64,000 nt of DNA, taken from the NCBI RefSeq assembly GCF_009914755.1, contig NC_060944.1, one strand, 5' to 3'. This document shows positions 16,573 to 42,885 of the stretch, in pieces. Every line of letters starts with the position of its first letter. The first letter of the stretch is position 1. Under the pieces are notes generated by a model. That model saw only the letters and a program-made list of their open reading frames with translations. It did no database searches and was not told where the DNA came from. Source of the stretch: the human T2T-CHM13v2.0 reference genome, Homo sapiens. Made by a program: the position numbers and the translations under genes.

Positions 16573-18118
16573 CTTATGTGTTTATTAATTGTCTATCTTC
16601 TCCCACCAGAATGCCAGCTCCCTAAGGGCAGGGATTTTTGTCTGTTTTGCTCACCGCTCTATCCCCAGCTTCTAGAATGGGGCCTGGCCCATGGTAGGTG
16701 CTCTAAATATTTGTTGAAGATGTTTCTTGAGCACTTGTTATCTGCAAGGCACAGTTACAAAATTGCACATGTATTCCTGCCTCCTTTCATCTTCACAACC
16801 ACGTCTTGAAACGGGTGCTACCATCTCCATTTTACAGATGAGTAAACCGAGGTGCTCAGAGGTTAAGTGACTGACTTGCCAGGAAGTGTCAAAATCAGGA
16901 TTCAAACTCAGGCTGGGAGGTCACAGAGCCTGTGCCAGAAACTCCTAGGCCAAGTACCCTCTTGGCTCCGCTCCCAAAAGGCCCTTGAAAAGTTTTCCCA
17001 CCTGCCTGAATTCTGGACGCTGTCAACGACTCAACCTCAGAGGACATCTTGTCCCCAGCTCCTGCCCAGCTCTCCTGGCCCTGCCAAAGGCTGTTCCCTG
17101 GACTTTCTGCCACTCAAACCCCTCAGCCAGCATCCAGTTTTGCTGACACCAGTCATTCCCACGAGAGTTCTGGAGACACTTTGGAGCTCCAAGTCATCTC
17201 TGCACATAAATATGTTATTAGGCACTGATGTGGGGGACAACTGCCAATTGATCCCAGTCCCCACCCCTTGCCAGTCTCTGCCTGCAAGGACAGTTAATGG
17301 CTCTGAGGAAACTAAAAATAAGCTGCAAGTCGATGGGAGAGGAATTACCCAGAAATGTCAGCTTGTGCAACTGTCACCGTCGAAGTGGGGCCAAGAGAAA
17401 GATGGGGCTTGGGGATCAGGAGAGAGGGCAGGAACCAGGCCTGGAGCTGTGCAGCATGGAAGGCTACCATCTTTCTCTCACTCCAATATCTGGTCCATGA
17501 CCAAGTCCACTGACTCTGTCTTCCTGAAATTTCCAAAATCTATCCACGTCCTCATCACCTCCATGGCCACCACCTGACCCTGCCACCACAGTTTCCTCCT
17601 TGTTGCCCTGTTTTTGCTTTTGCCCCCAAGATCCTGTCCCTCCTCTGCTCAGAACTCTCCCAGGCCCCCATCTCGCCCAGAGAAAAATCCCAAGTCCTCA
17701 TTTATGAGGACCCACAAGGCCCTCAGTGACCTCTTCCCTCGGTCTCACGCCCCCTCCCTCACTCTGCTTCAGCTGTGTGATCCAACTCTACTCTGCAAGA
17801 TCCAACCCCAGGGCCTTTGCACTTGCTGTTTCCCTTATTTGGAATCTTCTATCCCCATATCTTCTCCAAGTCTCTGAATCTAGCTTTCTTATCATCCAGG
17901 GCTCATCTCAAATATCTCAGGGAGGCCTCCCTGACCACCCCAGCTAGAGCAGACCCGAAAGTCTCTCTATTCACAGCCCTGTTTCATACTCTACATATCA
18001 TCATCTAAAATCACCTTGTATATGTTTCCTTGACTCTCTGCCCCCTGTCCCCCTGACCCCCCAAATGGTAATCGACACAACACAGAATCTTTGAGGTCTA
18101 CGGTAAGTACTCAAAGGA

Positions 18119-19445
<1,327 letters not shown>

Positions 19446-19494
19446 CTATTTGACAGTAAAGGAAGTCAGGGAACTGGTTTGGGCAGTGGGTATG

Positions 19495-19893
<399 letters not shown>

Positions 19894-20171
19894 TCACCAT
19901 CCCACACCCAGGGCTGGCCAGGCATGACCTCCCATGAGGCCAAGGGTCTTCTGAATGTCACTCATTGAGGGTGGGGAGTTCCTGTGGGAAAGAAGCTGCA
20001 GGACAGGCCCACAGCAGGAAGCCCTTTCAATACCAAATTGCTTATTATCTGTCTTACCCCCAGTAAAAAGAAGCAAGGGGTCTTGTCTCCTGCAGGTGGG
20101 AGCCTGATCTATTTCAATCACCTCTATGTCCCCATCACCCGGCCCGTAGCAGGTGCTCAATAAATATGCAT

Positions 20172-20547
20172 TGTATTAGTCTGTTTTCATGCTGCTGACA
20201 AAGACATACTTGAGACTGGGTAATTTATTTATTTATTTATTTTTTAAAAAATAGGTTTAATGGACTCACAGTTCCATGTGGCTGGGGAGGCCTCATAATC
20301 ATAGTGGAAGGTGAAAGGCACATCTTACATGGCGGCAAGCAAGAGAAAATGAAAGCCAAGCAAAAGGAGAAACCACTTACAAAATCATCAGATCTCATGA
20401 GACTTATTCACTACAAGGAGAACAGTATGGGGGAAACCACCCCCATGATTCAGTTATCTCCCACTGGGTCCCTCCCACAACACATGAGAATTATGGGAGC
20501 TACAGTTCAAGATGAGATTTGGGTGGGGACACAGCAAAACTATATCA
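20172..20547 (-). mobile_element. THE1-family MaLR solo LTR, sense to PTGIS
   Basis: Minus strand begins TGATATAGTTTTGCTGTGTCCCCACCCAAATCTC and ends GACTAATACA; perfect 5-bp TSD TGCAT (20167-20171 and 20548-20552). Confidence 0.93.
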
Positions 20548-22139
20548 TGCATTAAATAAATGGTAGTTCTTTCCAGAGCAGGAGAAGGAACACTAAACAC
20601 TGAGCAGCATTCTCCCTCCCCAGGGTCCAACCCCAGAGCAATGCCAGCCCATGTGCATGAGGAGGAGGCCACTGTGAGCAGGCTCAGCACAGCAGCAATC
20701 ACAGAAAGACATCAGCAACAACCTAACTGGCAGATTGGGCTGGAGTCTCAAACTCAACTCACTCCAGAGAAGGCAGGCCAAGTAAAAGAGAGACGGGCCA
20801 GAAAGGGGCCATGGCACTTAGCCCACCAACCAGCCCTCGGCAGGAGAGGGAAACACCCCAGCATGGCCAGAAGGCCTGTGCTTTCAAAGGAAGCTGATAA
20901 TCCAGACAATTATGTATAACCTTCTGATGTTTTTTAAGGTTAGCATCCAAGTAAAAAGTTTTTAATCACTGTGCAGACCACAGAAGCATCTCTGAAGGTC
21001 AACTTTGGCCCACAGATCACTAGCGTGCATCACCATTAAACAGACAATGGTGTGTTTATGTTCTGGAAACATACAGCAGTGAAAGTGAGTTAGTACATTT
21101 TACCTACAGACACAGAGAGTTCCCAAGGGCAGACTGGTAAGGGGATAAAGCCGGGCACTGAAGAATGACACTATTTAGATATTGTTTTCTTTTCTACTTC
21201 TTTTTTTTTTTTTTAAATATTTTCATGAACCATACATGAGCCTTAATATACATTGTTTTAAAGCTCCACGGTAATGCTATTTATATGCACAAATATAAAG
21301 TTTAAAACAAAAATATAAAATATAAAATTTGGTTTTCTCCGAAATCACCCCTTGGAAAAGTGAGAGTCATTTTGGATTGCTCTGAAGTTTCAAAGTATTG
21401 GAAACTCCCTCACTGACTCTTCTGAACCACAAGCCGTGTTTCAGGAAGACTCGCCCCACCAGCGATTCTAAACCTGGCTGCACCTCACAGGGCATTTGAA
21501 AGGGTCGAAAATGTAGACTATGTTTTTTTTTTAAAGTATGTTGGCTTCATTTTCAAATAATACGCTGAATATGTTTAACTTTTAGACTTCAACTTGAGCT
21601 CATTGTTTTACATTGAAATGAATGTCACCATTTCGGGTGACATTTCAATGTAAAGCAATAAGCTTAAGTGTTCAACTGAAATACATTATCTTCCTATGTT
21701 TCTCCACTTTTCAGGCTCTCTGAAGAATTACCTGGGAGCTCTTAAATCTCTGGATGCCCAGGTGCCAACCCCAGATTGATCATGTCAAAATCACGTGCGT
21801 GGGAACTGGGCATCCAGAGGTTTAGGCCTGCAGGGCGCGGGCAGTGTTGAAACCACCTCAGTTGATGCCAACTCTGGATACTTCTAAGCATCATCTGATG
21901 GGATGGCTAAAAAAAGAGGCAAAGAAATTTAACACAGCTTTAGAAATAACTGGCATTCTTTGAAGTCTGACCACACAACTGCAATCTTGAATATCACTGT
22001 AAACACGGCGTTTACAGATGACTTTAAAAAGCAAGGCAGGACCATTCTCCACTTTTCCCCTGTGCCTACAGCAGTTCTGAGTACATAGGAGGCACTCTAT
22101 ATTTGCACAATCAATGAATAATTAAGCAAAAAAGGTAAT

Positions 22140-23400
<1,261 letters not shown>

Positions 23401-23436
23401 AAAGGCATATGAAGGTCATTTGGCAAAAATGAGTCA

Positions 23437-24293
<857 letters not shown>

Positions 24294-24589
24294 TTACATT
24301 TGTATATCCCTTAGAGCAGTGTAGAGGACACACTAAACCTTACCCAAGAGTTATCTATTGCTGTGATATATTGTTAGCACAAAGCAAAGTGCCAGCAACC
24401 ACGTGTTTAGTATGCATTTGTGGAAAAAAAGAAAAATAAGAATATAGTCACATTCACTTGCACTTGTGTGAAGGAACTCTAGAAGGATCCATTTGAAACT
24501 AATAAAACTAATCAATTATGAGCAGTGGGAATTGGTGGAAGGGGATGTGACAAGAAAAGGAAGGAGACTTACCACTGTTATTACTTAAT

Positions 24590-26760
<2,171 letters not shown>

Positions 26761-27249
26761 TACTTTACATTTTTAATGTTTAAACCACGCGAAATAATTT
26801 TTAAAATAAAATAATAGAAAATCTGGCAAACCCCCCAAAAATAATTTCCAGTGAAACATCATATACTGTAGAGATTCAAGGAATTCAGTGCATATGGGAG
26901 TGAGGAAGAGAAGATTCTGGAAAACTGAGCTTGGTGGCTCAACCTGGGGCCCTGCAGATGAGCAAAGCTGTGTAGTTAAAGGGGGAGTCTGCATAAAGCC
27001 CCCTCCTGAAATGTGGTCGTGGGAAGAAAGCAAATGTTCGAAATGGTTACAGCACATTTATACAATTCACTACAGACGTTCAACAAAACAGATACGGAGA
27101 AATGCAACTATTTACTTCCATTCCTAATTATTTCAATATTTAGGTTGCCCCAAAAATCAAAAAAAGACAAAATTTTAAAAATCTTCCCACTGGGAAAACA
27201 GAGGCTTGCTGTCTACTTGGGATTCCAGTACAATTTGCTATTTTGTTGT

Positions 27250-27905
27250 TTTTTTTCTTTTGAGACAAGGTCTTGCTCTGTCACTCAGGCTGGAGTGCAA
27301 TGGCGTAGTCTGGCTCACTGCACCCTCAACCTCCTGGGCTCAAGTGATCCTCCCACCTCAGCTTCCTGAGTAGTTGAGACTACAGGTGTGAGCCACCACA
27401 ACTGGCTAATTATTATTATTATATTTTGTAGAGACAAGGTCTGTCTATATTGCCCAGGCTGGCCTCAAACTCCTGAACAAAAGTGATTCTCCTGCCTTGG
27501 CCTCCCAAAGTGCTGGATTACAGGTGTGAGCCACTGTGCGCAGCCTCATGCTGTATTTTAATGTCTGCATAAAGGCCAAGTGTTGTTCTGGGAAACAGAG
27601 TAGCCGCAAGCCCCAGGGAGTTATGGAGCATTTGAAATGCGGCTGGCTCGAATGCAGCCACATTTAATATAGGGTAGGGGAGACACTGGATTCCAGAGTC
27701 AGCATGAGAAACAAAATGTAAAATATCTTATCAATAATTTTAACATTGGTTAATGCTAAAATGCTAATAATATTTTAGATGTATTGGCTTAAATAAAATG
27801 TATTATTAAAATCGATTTCACTTCTATTTTTCTTTTTTAGTGTGTCTAATAGAAAATTTTAAATTACAAATGTGATTCCCATTATTTGTCTATGTACAGC
27901 ACTGT
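27250..27905 (-). mobile_element. AluJ-like (27250-27545) and MER33-like hAT element (27585-27905)
   Basis: agaaaattttaaattaca...tacagcactg, reverse of the MER33 start. Confidence 0.75.
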
Positions 27906-29290
27906 TCTAGAAGGATAACAGCAAACAGATAGCAATAGTTACCTGGGGATAGATTTAGAGGGAATGTGGTCAAAAGAGAATTTTCCTTTTTGAAATATTT
28001 GATTTTTTTTTAACAAAAGTCAGAGGAGCCCAGTTAAGAGGCCCAGTGCTGTAGCAGAGTGCCTGACCTTGAACAAGTCACCTCACATCTCAGCATCTCA
28101 GTTTTCTTGCCTGTAAATTGGGATAATAAAAGTACCCACCACAGAGGGTTATATACAGATCAAATGCGTTATTAACATCTAAAGCACAGAGATGACTGAC
28201 ACAGTCCTAATAAACGCTATATTATTAAATAACAAATCTTACTGAATGTTAGCAAATTATTAGCCCAAGGAGAACATGTTCATGAATTGCTTCTTTAATT
28301 AAGAAACAATAATAAATTGCGAAATACAGAGCACAAAGTTTGAAGACAGAGAGCATTGAAATCCCAGCTCTTCCCTTTCTAACGAGATGACCTTGGCCAA
28401 GTCACTTTGCATCTCTGAGCCTCAGTTTCCCCCATGTGTAAAATGAGGGCCATCTAGCTCATAGGATGGTCAGGAGGATTCAGAAAGATCACACACAGAA
28501 CACACTTGGTATCGGTAGAAGTTTGTAAAATGCTACTTGCTACATTCTCTCCATTATTACGAGGTATTTCTTATTGGTGTGATAACCGGATGCCATGAAT
28601 GAGGGCTGCCAGGCCCACGGTGATTGGCAGCCCACCAATTTAAACCAGATTGGTGTATCTGGTTTAAATCCCAGAGTCCCCATGCTATGTAGCCTCGGCT
28701 GAGCCCCTGCCCATCTCTGGACCTCAGTCTCCTCATCCAAAAAATGAGGACCCAGACTTGAATACCTCTCAAGTTTTTTCTGGGAAAGCCCTCTAGGCCC
28801 TCTAGATTTGGGGGCATAGTACAGAGAGGCCCCCAGAAGACACATGTCTTTAAAGTCTTGTGTTTTACCTTTGAAATGCATCAGAGTTTTGCATCAGACT
28901 CTGTGATTCTTTGATATAAGAATGCCTTTTTCCCCAAAACAATGTTCAAATAAACAGCCCCCCAAAATAATCCAGTAAAATAAATGTTCCAGACAGAAGC
29001 ACTATGCTTAGCTAGGGGGTCTGTTTAACTGTCCCCTGCCCCCAACTCCCTACTGTATGAGAAACACCAGACTCAATGGCCTAAGGGTTCTCAAAGGATT
29101 AACTTTCTTTTAAAATATATTTATACTTTAAAAAGTGAAGGAAGAATAATGTATGCATACAGAAAAAAAAGAAGAAAAATAAAGAATCTAAGAGTTCAAG
29201 TCCACATCTTGTAAAAAATGATTTTCTCTCCACCCCTTCTCGGCCTTCCCAAAGGCAAAAATCTATACATACTCCCACATTTTTAAAAAT

Positions 29291-32397
<3,107 letters not shown>

Positions 32398-33054
32398 CAC
32401 AGTGCTTTTTCTTGTTACCTCAGCCAATTCTAACAGCTGCCCTCTAGGAAGATCCTGCTGTTCCCCCCATTTTGCAGATGAGATCGCTGAGGCACAGAGA
32501 AAACACACAGATGCTGGGAGGGGGAGCTGGTAAAGCTCTTCAAGCCGTCAGAGCCCAGACTCTGTCTTAGCCACTCCCCTCCACGGTCCCTCCAGAGAAA
32601 GGAACTGGGGCAAGTAGAAGTAACTTGCTCCGAGTCACCAGCAAGGAAGCAGCAGCGCAGGAATTCAAATCCAGGCCTCTGCTGCAAGTCTCTGAGCCCA
32701 GCACACACAGCACTTCCCAGCCTTCTCAGGACACTTGTCAGACATGCAGTTTTCCAAGCTCTCCCCTGGAGACCTGGATTCCTATGGACCTGGATGGGGC
32801 TGAGGGACCTACGTTATGAAGAAGGGCCTGAGAGGATTCTGCTCATCAGGGAAGTTGGGGGCACATGGCCCAGGGAATGGCGCCGCCCAGTGGTTCCTAC
32901 GGCCCCTGCACACGGAATCAGCCAGGACACTCTACCAACACTAAGTACGCTCTGCAGCCACAAAAACAGATGAGGTAGATTTTTACAAATCGATGTGGAA
33001 ATGCTGTAGACAGGGAGTTGAGTGAAAGCTGTAAGCGGTACAACAATTCTTCTA

Positions 33055-34596
<1,542 letters not shown>

Positions 34597-35114
34597 CTCT
34601 CAGTGCGTTTAGATGTGTGTGCTTTCCTGTATATAAATTATACCTCAGTAAAAAACAAGAAGTTAAAAGCTTCAAAAATAAAATAAAAATAAAAATAACA
34701 CACATCTGTGTGTCTGTTTAGAGAAAGTGCTCCCAGGATGTACTCCAAGCTAGTGATGGTGGTTGCCTCTGTAGAGGGAAGTGGTGGGCTGAGGCTGGGG
34801 AGAAAGTGGAGCGCTCTTTTATTCTTCCCTGTAAATTATTCTATATGGCTTGAATTTTTTATAATCAGCACGAACTACTTGTAAAAACTTTTAAAGCAAC
34901 TCAAACCTTAAAACACAAAAAGGAACACACACACACACAGAGATTCTCCAGCCCCACTCTAAATGTGCTGAATCAGAATTTCCACCAGGAACCCAAGCTC
35001 TGGTCCAAGCCCTGGCTCCCCACCATTGCGCTCTTGCATACCCCCAGTGATGGGGATCTTACTGCCTCCCTGGGCATTGGATGTCTTTCTGCCTGTGTTG
35101 CCTCTGGTCCTCTA

Positions 35115-35399
<285 letters not shown>

Positions 35400-37065
35400 T
35401 CACAAGAGCTTCATTCATACACCCAGTGAGCAACTACTAATCCTACTGTGCGCCAAAGACCATTCTGGGCACTGAACAGTCGGCAGTGAAAAAAACAAAA
35501 ATCCCTGTCCTCAAGGAGCTGACCTCTCAGCACAGGGAGACAGACAACAGACGAGAGGATGAGTAAAATGAATAATGCGCCAGCTGGTGCCCCGCGGCAC
35601 TGTCAGACACAAAGCTGGGTAGCAGGATGGGAGGGCGGGGGCTGTGGTGTCAGGTGCCAGGTGAGGGAGGGGCTGGTGTCAAGCTGACAGCTGAAGGCTG
35701 AGAAGGAGTCAGCCATGGGCAGAGCAGAGGGAGGGGTAGGAAGCAGAGCAAGCACCAGGTGTGATGTCCTGGGGCAGGAGGGAGCCCGGTGCTGGGGAGC
35801 AGCAAGGAGGCTGATGAGGCTGCAGCAGAGAGCTCGAGGGGACGGTGCTGAGATGGGGGCACAGAGAAGGGGAGGAGATGCCTGCTCCCAGGGAGGGATT
35901 CAGGGAAGACTTCCTAGAGAAGGGAGGGTCTGAGCTGAGATCTGCAGGATGATCGGGGGAAGCAGAAGAGGAACGTGTTCAGGCAACAGGCACAGCCTGT
36001 GCAAAGGCCCAGAGCTGAGAGTGCAACCGTGCCTGGTGGGAGAGGTGCCAGCTGTGGCTGGTGCAGGCACTGGAGCCGGGGTGTGAGGCAGAGGATGGGA
36101 GGGCCTGGGCTGTCAGGGCTGGCCACGCAAGGCAGGCATTTGCAGCAGTGAGAAGGTTGTGCTTGATCTGAGGGGCTCTGGGAGGCCCGAGAAGGAGGTC
36201 AGGGCCTGGTCAAGTGTGAAAAAGGGTAAGACATGGGAGCTAGCATGAGCTCTCATGTGCTCTCACTGAGGCACACTTACGCACACGCACACGCACACAC
36301 ACAGGACCACGCTCAGAGGACGCGCCTTCACCTCCAGCCCCCTTTAAATGCCCCAGGAGTCCAGCCCCAGCCCAGCGGGCTGACCTCAGTCCTGGGAGGG
36401 AAACTGCAGGCTTTCATTTTGTCATCTCTGCCTCAGCAGAGAGTCACAACAAAGAGACGCAACCAAAGCCCCGGGGCCTCACCCTCTCACCCTCCCCTTG
36501 AGCTCCTGGATCCCTGTGCAGACAAAGACCAGAGACCAGGATCTCTCAGGAGAGGGGTTTTCCCAGATGAAGAGAGAATGGAAGCAGGAATGAGGGTAGG
36601 TGGGGGCCGAGAGAGGCCTGCGTGGTCCCTGCTCTGTCCCTCACCTGCACAGTGGTGGCAGAAGTTGTAAAGGTGCAGCCCACACACTGGATTCAGTCCA
36701 CAAATGTGTTTTATCAAGGGAGTTCCTAAAAACAAACTAAAGCTTCCTTCAAACATTTGGGGAAACTCACACAAAATCCGGATTTCCTGCTCATCTCATC
36801 TTGAAAAAGGAATCTGGCTGACCTGCGGTCCCACCTGGAAACCTAGCAGGAGCAGAGTTGCAGCCGCCCCTTTTAGACAGACACGTGCTTGCCAGGCCAC
36901 TGCGGTACTCCCAAGGCCCTGTGGTCTCGGTGACACTGCAGTTGACACTGGTCATCATTTATCATCACACTTGCACTGTTGTTTTTTGCTAACTCAGAGA
37001 ACCATTTCCCGGTACATATATTTCTACCAAAACAGGCAATGAAAAATAAACCAAAAAAGTAAACC

Positions 37066-37368
37066 GGCCGGGAGAGGTGGCTCACGCCTGTAATCCTAGC
37101 ACTTTGGGATGCCGAGGTGGTTATATCACCTGAGGTCAGGAGTTCGAGACCAGCTTGGCCAACATGGTGAAACCCCCTCTCTACTAAAAATACAAAAATT
37201 AGCTGGGCATGGTGGCGGCACCTGTAGTCCCAGCTACTCAGGAGGCTGAGGCGAGAGAATCGCTTGAATCTGGGAGGCGGAGGTTGCAGCGAGCAGAGAT
37301 CGCGCCATTATTGCACTCCAGCCTGGGCGAAAGAGCGAAACTTTGTCTTTAAAATAAAATAAAATAAA
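37066..37368 (+). mobile_element. Alu (AluS-like)
   Basis: Full dimer with (TAAAA)n tail. Confidence 0.93.
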
Positions 37369-39919
37369 ATGAAGGAAAAGAAAACAAAAAGAAAAAGTAA
37401 ACCCAGAGGACCACAAGGTTTTGCTCTGTGGAAGCGAAGCCGGCAGCTCCATATCAAAAGAGCACGGCTGAAGACAGGATAATCCCATATGTAAATACAC
37501 ACACGACCCACAGGCGGCGCTAGAGCCACAAAGAAAAATAAAGCTGAACCAAGCTGGGTCACAGGAGGGAGCCATCACGAAAATGGGACTCAAGAAAGAC
37601 CTCTCTGAGCAGGTGGCGCTCGCGATAAGGCTTAAACGAAGTGGGGTGGGAGCCACGCAGACCTGTGGGGAACAGCATTCCCAGGCAAGGGAACAGAAAT
37701 AGCAAAGGCCACAAAGAGAGAGCGTGCCTGACCTGCTCAAGGGGCAGCAGAGAGGTAGGTGGGAGGAGGGGAGGCCAGGGCTACAAGGTGAGGACAGAGG
37801 AGAACTTTGGGTGTGACTCAGTGAGGCCAGGGCCAACACAGGCCAGGCTGGTGGGTGTAAGAGGTGGCACCTCACAGTTCGGGCTGCCTGAACCGGCACC
37901 CCTTTCACCTCTGTGTCCCTCCCATCCAACTGGCCCATTCTCTTTGTATTTCAGGGGCTGCTGATTGATGGCAGTGGAAAGGCCTACAGCTGCCAAGCCA
38001 GGGGGCAGGAGCTCCAGCCCAGGCCTCAGGCCCTGAAGACACAGTTACCGGGTTACAGGTATGGATTTACGTCTGATTCCCCCTGAGCTGATTCCCCTGT
38101 GCCTGCCGCTGTACCATGGAGCCTAGCCAGACCCAGCTGCCCCTGAGCCTGCCTCTCCCCAGCCTATCTCTCTCTGACTTCTTTGTCTGCACAGGGACCC
38201 AGGAGCCAGGAGACCTGGGAGGATCACTACTGTGAACTTGCTGGGTGGTTTCAGCTGGCCCTCTCTGGACCTCAGTCCCCATCATACAATGCAGGGTGGA
38301 CCAGACCAGCATCACCCACACCAATTACAGCCCTTGACACTGTTTGCACCACCCCAGGGCAAAACAAAAAGAATGGGGACTGTTCGTGTGCTGAGAGCTG
38401 TGGCTGAGAGTGCAGACTCTGGGACCAGCCCTGTCCTGACCCCAACACAGGCCTCTGGGCAAATGACTCAGGCTCTCCAGGTCTCAGTTTTCTCATCTGT
38501 CAAATGGAATATGTAAAGTCCTAGCCTCCTAGAGCGATTGTGAGCATTAAAAGAGCTGAGACACGCCGAGTCTACACATATGCACACACATATCATAAAT
38601 ATACCCACATGCCCATATGTGTCAACGAATGACTGCCCTTTATCCTAGAACTATGTTGCTCTAATTTCTTGGAGGGGTTGAAATGTCCTTTTTTAAATTA
38701 AATTTAAATTAAATTAAATTCTGGTTGGTTAAGGGCATCACTAAAATCAGGGAGCTGTCCTTAACACCACTCTATCCCTCTCACTCACGCCCACGCTCCC
38801 CCATCCCCACCGCTGCCCCAGTCAAATCTTCCGGCAGAGCCAGTGAACTCTATCTCCAAAAGCTACCCAAATTCTCACCACCTCCCTGGGCCACCACCAT
38901 TCTCTCACCTTGGTGACACCTGGCAGCCTCCTGCTAGGTCCTCCTGCCTCCCTCTCCACCCCTCCTTACCCCTACAGTCCATCCTCCATCCAGCAGCCAG
39001 AGGGGGCTTTCAAACTAAGTTAGATCATGTCCTGCCCCTGTGCAAACCCCTGATGTCACCCGATCTTACTCAGCATAATTTCCAAAGCCTTCCCTGACCT
39101 CCCGACTGCCTGAGGCCTGCTTCTGCCCACTTCTCTGACCTCCTGTCCACCTTCCCTCCTTGGCTCTTTATGCTGTAGCCACACTGGCCGTCTCTCTGAG
39201 CTTCCTCCCACCTCTGGGCCTTTGCACCTGCTGTTTCCCCTGCCTAGAGTGTTGGCGTGGTGGGCACTTTGCAGTTAGGTCTTGGCTCAGAAGCCAGACC
39301 CCCAGAGCATGACCCTGCCTCGTCAGTCGGCCTAAGAAAGCCCCCCAGATGCTGTCACCCCACCCGTGGATCTCTGTCATCGTGTTTATCACTCTCTGAC
39401 ATAACTCAATTCGGCCTCCCCCACTGGAGTGTCAGCTGTGTGAATTTGGGGACTTCATCTGTCCTGTTCCCTGCTGTATCCCCAGAGCCTGGATTAGTGC
39501 CCGGCACTGCTGAAGGAAGGAACGTTCGGTTGTGCAGTTTTTAACATACATTTACAAGACCAGATAAAAGGTTAAGGTCCCAAGTTGATCTCCCAAACAT
39601 TTTGTTTTCTGTTCTGTGAAATCCCAAAGTCTGGAAGCCACAGGACAAGATGACCTCTGAAGTCTTGCTCTGTGACTTCCTCTCTGAATGACCTGTAAGG
39701 TCCCATTTCCAGCCAGTGTCTCCTTTTACAGTTCATGAGCTAGGTCAGATGAACAGCCGGGGCCCTGGTGCATGGCGTCTTTCCTACAGTCTTTGCTTTG
39801 GGTGTCTCAAATTGCTTCCCCCACCCACAGAGTCCTCACGGTTCCCTTGGCCACTGCTCATGGCTGACACAGGTCAAAGTGCCGGGCCCCAGCAGGAGGG
39901 TGGGGGCTGCACAGCCTCA

Positions 39920-40117
<198 letters not shown>

Positions 40118-40325
40118 CTACAGGCACCTCCCTCCCCAAACCTAAGGGTCCCAGAGCTCAAGCTCCCCATTGGCAAAGAGGTCCTGCGGAAGAGTAGCTT
40201 AAATAAGAGGATATTATTATGACTGTCATCGTCAACAATAGTTCCCATCTGTTATACTGAGCCTAATCTCATTTCGTCTTCAGACAAACCTGGGAATAAG
40301 AGTTACTATTATGACACCCATTTTA

Positions 40326-41062
<737 letters not shown>

Positions 41063-42519
41063 GACATGACCTCACATGAGAGTGACACAAGGAAAAAGGG
41101 ATGTGGGCTGGAGATCTGGTCCCATCGTGTGGACCTGCACAGAGTGAGGAGAGGCCCCGTCTGGAAGAGTGTGGCAGAAGCTGGAAGCTCCCCTATACTG
41201 AGCCTCCATGATATGGAGTCTACACTGAGCCATGACTGAGGATATGATTAGAAGCCAAGAAAGGGGTATCTTGCATCTAAGTCTAAGGCCTCTCTGCTCC
41301 TTGTGTAGGATCTGGACCAAAAAGGATATCCCTACAGCAAGTGAAGTGGGGTGTCCATGGGCGGTGCACAGCCCATGGTCAACAGCAACACCTAGTGGCA
41401 GCAACAAGAACAGTGGGAGAGTGCCAATCAGGGCCCTGATCTGTCATGCCTGCTGTTTGGGAAGTAGGATGGACACCTTTAGACTGAGTAAGCCAGAAGT
41501 GCCTGGGTAATCCACCAGGGCAGGGTTTGCACAGGGCGTCCATGAACTCCTGGGTATGAAAAGGTTTGGGATGTTCAAGTTGGAACATAGTGGGAAAAAC
41601 GACAGACATGGCTCATGACTCATGTATGACAATGCATGTGAAGGGTTCCGCACGGTGCCTGGCACATTGTAAGTGCTCAATACATGGGATCTGGCCTTCA
41701 ATGGACCCTGACCCAGCTCTTCTCCCCACCCCACTCCAAGCGCTGGTCCTCAGCAGAGACAAGCCCTCAACAGATGTGGCTGCTGTGCCCAGAAGACATC
41801 ACGCCAGCTTGTAAGAAATTCCAGAAAATTCCTGAGGCAAACACTGAAGGAAACTGGGATCCTCCCTGGGTAGCAGGGGCAGATTCAGTGAGCTGTGGAT
41901 TCCTATTGCTAATGGGACCCCCAGGGTCCCCCTGGAATGTCAGGACCCAGGACACTCAGGCTCCAAGCAGCTGCCCCCAGGCCAAGGTTCAGAGGAGGCA
42001 TCATGTCTCATCAACATCCACTTCATCATGCTGGCCTTGCTTCAGCCTTAACTATCTTGCAAAACAGTTTCCTAGATGCTCTTCCTAACCTCCAGAGGGT
42101 ATTCCTCCTGGAGACAGATCACTGAAGATCGCCATTGGACTGTGTGAACTCTGCAGGGGCGGACACAGGGTCTTATCAGCCTTGGTATCTTAGATGAAGG
42201 AGAATGCGCTGTGAAGTCAGTGGACCTGGGTTCAAATCCCAGTCCTGCCACTTACTAGCAGTAGACTTTGAGCAAGTCACTTCACCTCTCTGAGCCTCAG
42301 TGTCCTCATCTGTAAAATAAGGATAAAAATGCCCACCTCTTTAGGCTAATGCACAGATATGAAAGTGAGCCTATCAGACACCTGGCCTATAATAGCTGCC
42401 TTCAAATGGTGGTTGGCACCGTTCTGCACACCCTACATCCAGGGCAATGACCAGGGTACAATGGGTCCTCAGATGTCTGCTGAATGAATGCAGAGCAAAC
42501 ATGTTCATCTGTTCTCTTA

Positions 42520-42885
<366 letters not shown>

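Noticed and set aside
16867-17577. 236-aa plus-strand ORF
   Set aside because: Non-ATG start inside a MIR, ends in L2-like DNA, no recognisable domain
17833-17842. CArG box CCTTATTTGG
   Set aside because: Isolated 10-mer inside an L2 relic, expected by chance in 64 kb
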